A stretch of DNA of 64,000 bases from the human T2T-CHM13v2.0 reference genome, Homo sapiens. This document shows positions 57,036 through 64,000 of this stretch, in pieces. Location: assembly GCF_009914755.1 (NCBI RefSeq), contig NC_060925.1. One strand, given 5' to 3'. The notes beneath the pieces were generated by a model. That model saw nothing but the letters and a program-made list of their open reading frames with translations, was not told the origin of the DNA and searched no databases. The translations under genes and the position numbers were made by a program. Each line of letters opens with the position of its first letter. The first letter of the stretch is position 1.

Positions 57036-59415
57036 TGTCAAGCGTGTCCATGTGAAGAGAGTCCACAACAGGCTTTGTGTGAACAATAAAGCTTTTTAAT
57101 CACCAGGGTGCAGGCGGGCTGACTCCTTTTTCAGACTCAGCCCACCTGCACCAGGTGATTAAAAAGCTTTATTGCTCACACAAATCCTGTTGGTGGACTC
57201 TCTTCACACGGATGCACTTGACATTTTGTGCTGAAGACCCAGGACAGGAGGACTCCTTCGAGAGACCAGTCCCCCATCCTTGCCCTCACTCGGTGAGGAG
57301 ATCTACCTATGACCTCAGGTCCTCAGACCAACCAGCCCAAGGAACATCTCACCAATTTCAGATCGGGTAAGCGGTCGTTTCACTCCCTTCTCCAACCTCT
57401 CTCACTATCCCTCCACCCTTCAATCTCTCCCTTCCTTAATTTTGGTTCCTTTTCCCCTTTCTGGTAGAGACAGAGGAGATGCATTTTATCTGTGAACTCA
57501 AAACTCCAGCGCTGGTCACAGACTCGGGAAGACAGTCTTCCCTTGGTGTTTAATCACTGCGGGGACGCCTGCCTGATTATTCACCCACATTTCAGAGGTG
57601 TCTGATCACCATGGGGATGCCTGCCTTGATCCTTCACCTTGGTGGCAAGTACCACCCCCCGCCCTCTGTGTCTCTACCCTCTCTTTTCTCTAAACTTACC
57701 CTTTTACTATGGGCAACCTTCTGCCCTCCATTCCTCCTTCTTCTCCCTTGGCCTTTGTTCTAAAAAACTTAAAACCTCTTCAACTCCCACCTGATCTAAA
57801 ACCTAAGCGTCTTATTTTCTTCTGCAACACTGCTTGGCCCCAATACAAACTTGGTAATGGCTCCACATAGTCAGAAAATGGCACTTTCGATTTTCTCCAT
57901 CCTACAAGATCTAGATAATTTTTTTCAAAAAATGGGCAAATGGTCTGAGGTGCCTGATATCCAGGCATTCTTTTATACATTGGTCCCTCCCTAGTCTCTG
58001 CTCCCAATGTGACTGTCCCAAATCTTTCTTGTTTTTCTCCCGTCTGTTCCTTCAGTCTCCACCCCAAGCTCTGAGTCCTTTGAATCTTCCTTTTCTACAG
58101 ACCCACCTAACCTCTCCCCTCCACCCCAGGCTGCTCCTCGCCAGGCCGAGCCAGGTCCCAATTCTTCCTCAGCCTCCACTCCCCCACCCTGTAATCCTTC
58201 TATCACCTCCCCTCCTCATACCCAGTCTGGCTTACAATTTTGTTCCACAACTTGCCCTCCCCCACCTGCCCAACAATTTCCTCTTAGAGAAGTGGCTGGA
58301 GCTGAAGGCATAGTCAAGGTTAATGCTCCTTTTTCTTTAGCCAACCTCTCCCAAATCAGTTAGCGTTTAGGCTCTTTTTCATCAAGTATAAAAACCCAGC
58401 CCAGTTCATGGCCCATTTGGCAACAACCCTTAGACGCTTTACTGCCCTAGACACAGAGGGGCCAGAAGGCCGTCTTATTCTCAATATGCATTTTATTACC
58501 CAATCCACTCCTGACATTAGAAAAAGCTCCAAAAATTAAGATTCTGGCCCTCAAACCCCACAACAGGACTTAATTAACCTCGCCTTCAAGGTGTACAATA
58601 ATAGAGGCAGCCAAGTGGCCACGTATTTCTGAGTTGCAATTCCTTGCCTCCACTGTAAGACAAACCCCAGCCACATTTCCAGCACACAAGAACTTCAAAA
58701 ACCTAAACCATAGCAGCCAGGCATTCCTCCAGGACCTCCTCCCCCAGGATCTTGCTTCAAGTGCCAGAAATCTGGCCACTGGGCCAAGGAATGCCCGCAG
58801 CCCAGGATTCCTCCTAAGATGTGTCCCATCTGTGTGGGACCCCACTGGAAATTGGACTGTCCAGCTCTCCCAGCAGCCACTCCCACAGCCCCTGGAACTG
58901 TGGCCTAAGGCTCTCTGACTCCTTTCCAGATCTTCTCAGCTTAGCGGCTGAAGACTGACGCTGCCCGATTGATTGCCTGGGAAGCCTCCTGGACCATCAC
59001 AGACGCCTTGGGTAACTCTTACAGTGGAGGACAGGAATGTCAGGCCGGCCTCTGAGCCCAAGCATGCATGTATACATCCAGATGGCCTGAGGCAACTGAA
59101 GAACCACAAAAGAAGTGAAAATGGCTAGTTCCTGCCTTAACTGATGACATTACCTTGTGACATTCCTTCTCCGGGACAGTGAGTCTCCGGAGCTCCCCAC
59201 TGAGCACCTTGTGACCCCCGCCCCTGCCCGCAAGAGAACAACCCCCTTTAACTGTAATTTTCCACCACCTACCCAAATCCTAAAAAACGGCCCCACTCCT
59301 ATCTCCCTTTGCTGACTCCTTTTTCGGACTCAGCCAACCTGCACCCAGGTGATTAAAAAGCTTTATTTCTCACCCAAAGCCTGTTGGTGGTCTCTTCACA
59401 CGGATGCGCATGACA
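57036..59415 (+). mobile_element. Rearranged HERV-H-group element: inverted R-U5 + R-U5 + PBS + leader/gag + splice-like junction + complete 3' LTR7
   Basis: Colinear with the neighbouring provirus 5' region; TGTCA...TGACA ends; perfect TSD GTGAT; flanking MIR resumes on both sides. Confidence 0.93.
59038..59415 (+). promoter_or_regulatory. HERV-H 3' LTR (older type I LTR7-like)
   Basis: ttcctgccttaactgatgacattaccttgtga; cactgagcaccttgtgacccc; attaaa poly(A) variant; ends gcgcatgaca. Confidence 0.85.
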
Positions 59416-59526
59416 GTGATTATATGAGAAAATGAATATGAAATGCCTAACAATACTATATGTATACTATGGCTTTTATTATTCTAATAAGATATGGATG
59501 ATTTCACAGAGAATGCCAATTATAGG

Positions 59527-60053
59527 TGTGAGGGAAGAATAACCCCCATAGGTTCTTAGTTGGAGTTAACCTGTTACAAAAGACAAATTAACAAGAGAAA
59601 AAGAAAAGCTTCTTAACATGTATATTTCACATATACATGAGAATAGAGAATGAGTAGTTCTCAAAGAGGTGGCTTTGAATTTCAGTTTATATAGCATCTT
59701 CAACAAAGAACAGCAGGACGGGCATGGTGGCTCACGTCTGTAATCCCAGCACTTTGGGAGGTCAAGATGAGCAGATCACTTGAGCCTAGGAGTTCGAGAC
59801 CAGCCTGGGGAACATGGGAACATGCAAAAACCCCATCTCCACCAACACACACACACACGGAAAAACCCCATCTCCAACCCCTCCCCGCAACACACAACGC
59901 TAGCTGTGCATGGTGGTATGTGTCTATAGTCCCAGCTACTCAGGAGGCTGAGGCGGGCTCAGGCTCAATCACCTGAGACCAGGGAGGTCAAAGTTGCAGT
60001 AAGCTGTGATTGCACCACTGCATTCCCACCTGGGTGACAGAGACCCTGTCTCA

Positions 60054-60084
<31 letters not shown>

Positions 60085-60423
60085 AGCAAATATTCAGAGA
60101 AATTTTAGGAAAAGGACTTTTGAGCCTTTAGGGACAGCACCTTGGGGGAAGGCAATAAATGGCACATAAAGGCTAGTTAGTAAAGCTTGTTAATACAGAT
60201 TGCTCTAGTATCATCTCCACACCTATAAGGGTCTAAAGTTGTTTTCAGTGGTTAATGTTTGTTCTGTCTCGCAGGAAGGTGGGCAAGGTACTTTTTGTCT
60301 TTGTAAATCTATGTCCTGCTCTTTGGCAAATAGGGAGAGGGTAGAGAGCTTTCCTGCATTTGCTTCTTCTGTTCTGTTCAACAATCTTTCATATTTTGGG
60401 GTGGCATATTCTGGTCTCCTACA
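59527..60423 (-). mobile_element. ERV1 solo LTR (MER34A/B-like) interrupted by an Alu
   Basis: Reverse complement starts tgtaggagaccagaatatgccaccccaaaatatg. Confidence 0.75.
59716..60080 (+). mobile_element. AluJ-type with rearranged CA-rich linker
   Basis: Alu dimer, poly-A tail, TSD aaagaacagca. Confidence 0.93.
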
Positions 60424-60664
60424 CGGGCAAGGTAAAACACTGAATAAAATTTTTAAATTGTTCCAAATAAATAATAGCTAGGAAAAACCTTAATGATTAT
60501 GAATTCTTGTTATCTTTACTTAAATTATCTTTATTCTCTATTATCAGCTATCCCTACCCTATTTATTCAAACAGACATTTGTAAGCCACCAAAAAAAAGA
60601 GGGGAGTGGGGAATAGAATGTACAGGAACCGAATATGAAAACTGCTGACCCGAACTAAGTAAAT

Positions 60665-60883
60665 TATTTTGCTCTTCACCCAGGCTGGAGTGCAGTGGCA
60701 CGATCCTCCCCTCAAACTCCTGTAATCTCATACTCCTGGTCTCAAGTGATCTTTCCACCTCAATCTCCCAAGTAGTTAGGGATTTTCACAGTGTTGCCCA
60801 GGTTGAACTCCTGGCCTCAAGCAATTCTCCCTCCTTGGCCTCCTAAGCTGTTGGGATTACAGGTGTGAGCCACCTCCCTGGCC
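60665..60883 (-). mobile_element. Degenerate AluJ-type fragment
   Basis: cacccaggctggagtgcagtggcacgatc...gggattacaggtgtgagccac. Confidence 0.85.
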
Positions 60884-62606
60884 AATAAACCCATCTTCTT
60901 GACCATATTCATAACTGCCAGAATCATGCCATCTGGTTCTCCTTAGATTATACTTCGCTAAACACACACCATGTATATTACAAAAATTATCTGGTGTTAT
61001 CAACAGAGCAATCATGAAATACCACAAACCAGAACAAGTGGTCTCTTACTATCTTGAAATCCACAGATTTTTGCAGCAATTTCCAAAATTATATTACTAA
61101 AAGTACTTTACTTAAAAATTGTTTACCAAATAAACTTCCTACATTTTACAAGACAATAGACAGAAATGTATTTAACTGAAGTGTCTTAACAATAGCTAAT
61201 GATCCTTCCCAATAATATGCTAAGTAGAAGCATTAAATATTAATAAATTTCATTCCATCTCATTCAAAAGTCGACTTTTTTATCTCTTTATTATTCAAGA
61301 CAGTTCTGACATACTTAAACCTAGACACTTTTAAACTTCCGTTAACCACTGAAGAGTTTACTATTACAAAGTTTAAACATTAACATATTCTAAGTTTGTA
61401 GTCTAATTTAATACAAGTTTTTAAGGCAATCATTTTACACTTTGGTAAGTTATATCAAATGCCTTATTGAAGTTTGTTTCTTATTCATATTTTACAAACA
61501 TCCCTAATTCACAGAATTTCACTGATTGTAAAATTTCCCCAATCAGAGATGTGAAGGCTACAGAGAACAAAAAACATGCTTTATAATTTCAATAAATTTT
61601 ATGAATCTCAACCATTGTAAAGATCACTGAAACATCTACCAAATTAAGTTAAGAGTATTTATTACACTTAAAGTGAGATTTTCCCTCCAAAGTCACCAAA
61701 ACCATTCTTTAATATTCAACAGACAGTAGTTGGAATTTGCAGGATTTTGGGTTTTTTCTTCCTTTTTTTTTTTTTATGTCAGGGTGGTATGGTCTTCTTT
61801 GGATGTATGGCTGTTGAAAGCTGAGTTATACAAAAGAAATCTCTGGAGAACAGAGGCTTTTCTTTACATATTTATTCCCAGAGCCTGCCCTTCATCTCTT
61901 TCTGGCTTTCCACATTGATCCAATTGTAGCACTTCCTGGAGAGAGCTATGTTCTAATCAGCAACATCAGGAAGAGAAGGGACAAAGCAAAAGGAGAAAAT
62001 GCAGATCTTCTCATGTCTCTTTGAAAACAGTGAATACATTCTAAGCTATCAGGCAGTATAAGTCACAATTTAACTTTTAATAATTTTTTACCTGTAATGG
62101 ACATGAACAGGAAATATGCGATGAGTCATTCATCTATTCAATAGGTGCCCGATTTCTATTGAGATGAACACCGTGTACCAGAATCTCACTTTCTTCCCCA
62201 TCCATATAGTTGTGCTGACCTTAAAACCTCATTTGCAGGCTATTCAGTAGTTATGCTTGGATAATCTCTACAGAAAGGGCGAATCAAAGGAGATAACACC
62301 TAGAGACCCTAAACTACCTAACATTACTTCCTGTTAAGTATTTTTTCCTTTTAATTGCTGAAAAGCTATTGAGTTAAAGCAACCACGCCAACTCCCCAAA
62401 GATAATGGTTCAAACCCCCAAACGAAATGTTTGCAATCCTCTTGAGTTGCCAAAAAGAAGCAGTCATTTAAAGAGAACTCAGACTGCATATTAAGTAACC
62501 TCTGCCCAAAATGTTAACATCTTACACACTAGCATTGTTTGCACGCGATTCCCCACTTGACGGAAATGTGGACCCACTGTGGCTAGAGCGGTTCAGAACT
62601 TCACAC

Positions 62607-63611
62607 CTACTTTTTCTTCTTCAGGGGTTCGGGCGCTTGAGCCACGGGAGGGCGAGGCAGCTTGAAATAGACCTTGACCAGGTCATAGATAAACCACTGC
62701 AGGGCCGTGAGGGTGCCGATCATGGGGATGTGCGCAAAGAGGCCGATGCGCGCAACGACGCCCTTCCACACGCCCGTGAACCCCAGTCTTCGGAGGACGC
62801 CCAGGGCCGCGATGCCCTTCTCCTTGTTCAGCACAGACACCACGGAGTCGGCGGGATGGGACACGACAGCGCAGAAGACGCCACGAAGGTGATGCCCAGC
62901 TGCTTGGCCTTGGTGCACTGGCTCTGGGGCTTGGGCACGGCATACCTGTAGAGGTCCTCTACCGTGCGCTCGAAGCAGGCGAACTTCATCATGGTGTAGG
63001 GGATCTGCCTCAGCCACAGCGGCGCCACGCCCTTGTAGAAGGCCCACAGGCCCTCCTCGCCCTACATCCTGGACGCCGTGGCTCGCAGGGTGCTGGCGTA
63101 GCCCGGTCGCGTCTGCACGCGGACCTTGACCGCCTCCATGGGCTCCAGCGAGACATCGGGGAAGAACTCGGCGCTGGCCCAGGCGAAAAGGTACAGGCCG
63201 GCTCTCCACCCGTAGGCTTTCTCTGGGCCCAGGAGCTCCGCGGAGCGGATCTTGAAGACCTCGTAAAGGCCGAACTTGAAGAAGCCCTGCAGGGAGTAGC
63301 CGAAGAAGGTCTGAGCGCAGCCGCGAGCCAGGCCGCACAGCCCGTCGCTGTGCACCGTCACGCCGAAGCCGCTGAGGACGCCCTTGTACCAGCCGGGGTC
63401 CACCTGCATGCGGCACTTGACCAGGTGCAGGGACACGATGGCCGTGTGTGTCAGCCGCAGCTCAGCATCCCGCCCAGGCCGCACAGCAGCAGGTACCGGG
63501 CCGAGCCGTACTCCACGCTGGCCTCCTCCACAGCCGCCGCCCAGGGTCTGCTGACGCCTTGGCCCACGCTTCTCGCCTGCAGCGCTCGGCGGCCGCGAGG
63601 GGATCATCCAT
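62607..63611 (-). pseudogene. SLC25A3P1: Intronless pseudogene of the mitochondrial phosphate carrier SLC25A3
   Basis: Translates to LVKCRMQVDP...FFGYSLQGFFKFGLYEVFK...RQIPYTMMKFACFERTVE...SHPADSVVSVLNKEKG...MIGTLTALQWFIYD...LKKK; lesions: frameshift ~63455, TAG at 63062-63064, frameshifting deletion ~62885. Symbol assigned from recall. Confidence 0.9.
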
Positions 63612-63980
63612 GGCCACGCTGGGTGCGGGCCCACCCTGCCCTCCGCCCCTCCAGGCGCACTCACTCAGGGGCCGCGGGGCGGGGCAGAGCGTCGTGAACC
63701 TCCCTCGCGAGTCCGCCCACACAACGGCCCAGGCGAGGGGATCCCTGCGGGACCACAGCGCTTCAGCCTGTGCCTGTGCAGTCCGCGGTGTGAAGGACGG
63801 TTTAAGTAGGCGGTGTCACCCCGCCCCTTCCCCTCCAGCACGCCCCGCCCCTTCGCCCCGGCGCCCCTTCGCCCCTTCTCGCCCCTTCTCGCGTCTTCGC
63901 CCCTTCGCCCCTTCGCCCCTTCGCCCCTTCAGGTCAATGGGCTCCTGGTAGCTGCAGGAACCCCGCCCCGCTGAGCCTAG
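62620..63980. promoter_or_regulatory. CpG island with GC boxes covering the pseudogene body and its 5' flank
   Basis: Abrupt rise in GC and CpG density; GGGCGG/CCGCCC boxes near 63643, 63677, 63713, 63821, 63845 and 63963. Confidence 0.85.
63820..63930. repeat. Short tandem repeat (CGCCCCTT)n
   Basis: About 9 imperfect gccccttc units upstream of the pseudogene. Confidence 0.85.
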
Positions 63981-64000
63981 GCCAGTCAGTGGTCAGTGGT

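Noticed and set aside
57036-57223. Long hairpin as a pre-miRNA or DNA-transposon TIR
   Set aside because: Both arms are LTR7 R-U5 sequence; a reverse-transcription fold-back explains it, and there is no transposase or small-RNA evidence in the sequence.
61755-61780. T-run as the retrocopy's poly-A tail
   Set aside because: It lies ~830 bp from the stop, with no matching TSD or recognisable parental 3' UTR, so it cannot be supported.
62607-63416. 269-aa ORF as an intact gene
   Set aside because: Only the last ~90 aa are in the carrier frame; the rest is an off-frame read of GC-rich sequence, and the true frame has a stop and frameshifts.

Overview
Primate, very likely human, intergenic DNA. 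It is dense in Alu, MIR, L2, L1M, MaLR and ERV repeats, and I found no intact protein-coding gene. The right end holds an intronless, CpG-island-embedded, disabled copy of the mitochondrial phosphate carrier (SLC25A3P1-like, minus strand); from recall this suggests 1p32.3 near LRP8/DMRTB1, not verified. The 45-60 kb segment is an ERV cluster: MST LTR plus internal start, a MER34-group ERV1 remnant interrupted by a 5.7-kb two-LTR HERV-H provirus (TSD CACAT), and an unusual 2.38-kb HERV-H derivative. That derivative looks like a reverse-transcribed spliced RNA whose 5' U3 is replaced by a fold-back inverted R-U5, yet it has TG...CA ends and a perfect 5-bp TSD (GTGAT). Other structures: a 21-bp GC-rich VNTR with higher-order periodicity, a ~235-bp locally templated insertion with a 9-bp flanking duplication, an inverted pair of L2-like segments, and a solo LTR13. 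Repeat subfamily names come from remembered consensus sequences and need RepeatMasker/Dfam confirmation.
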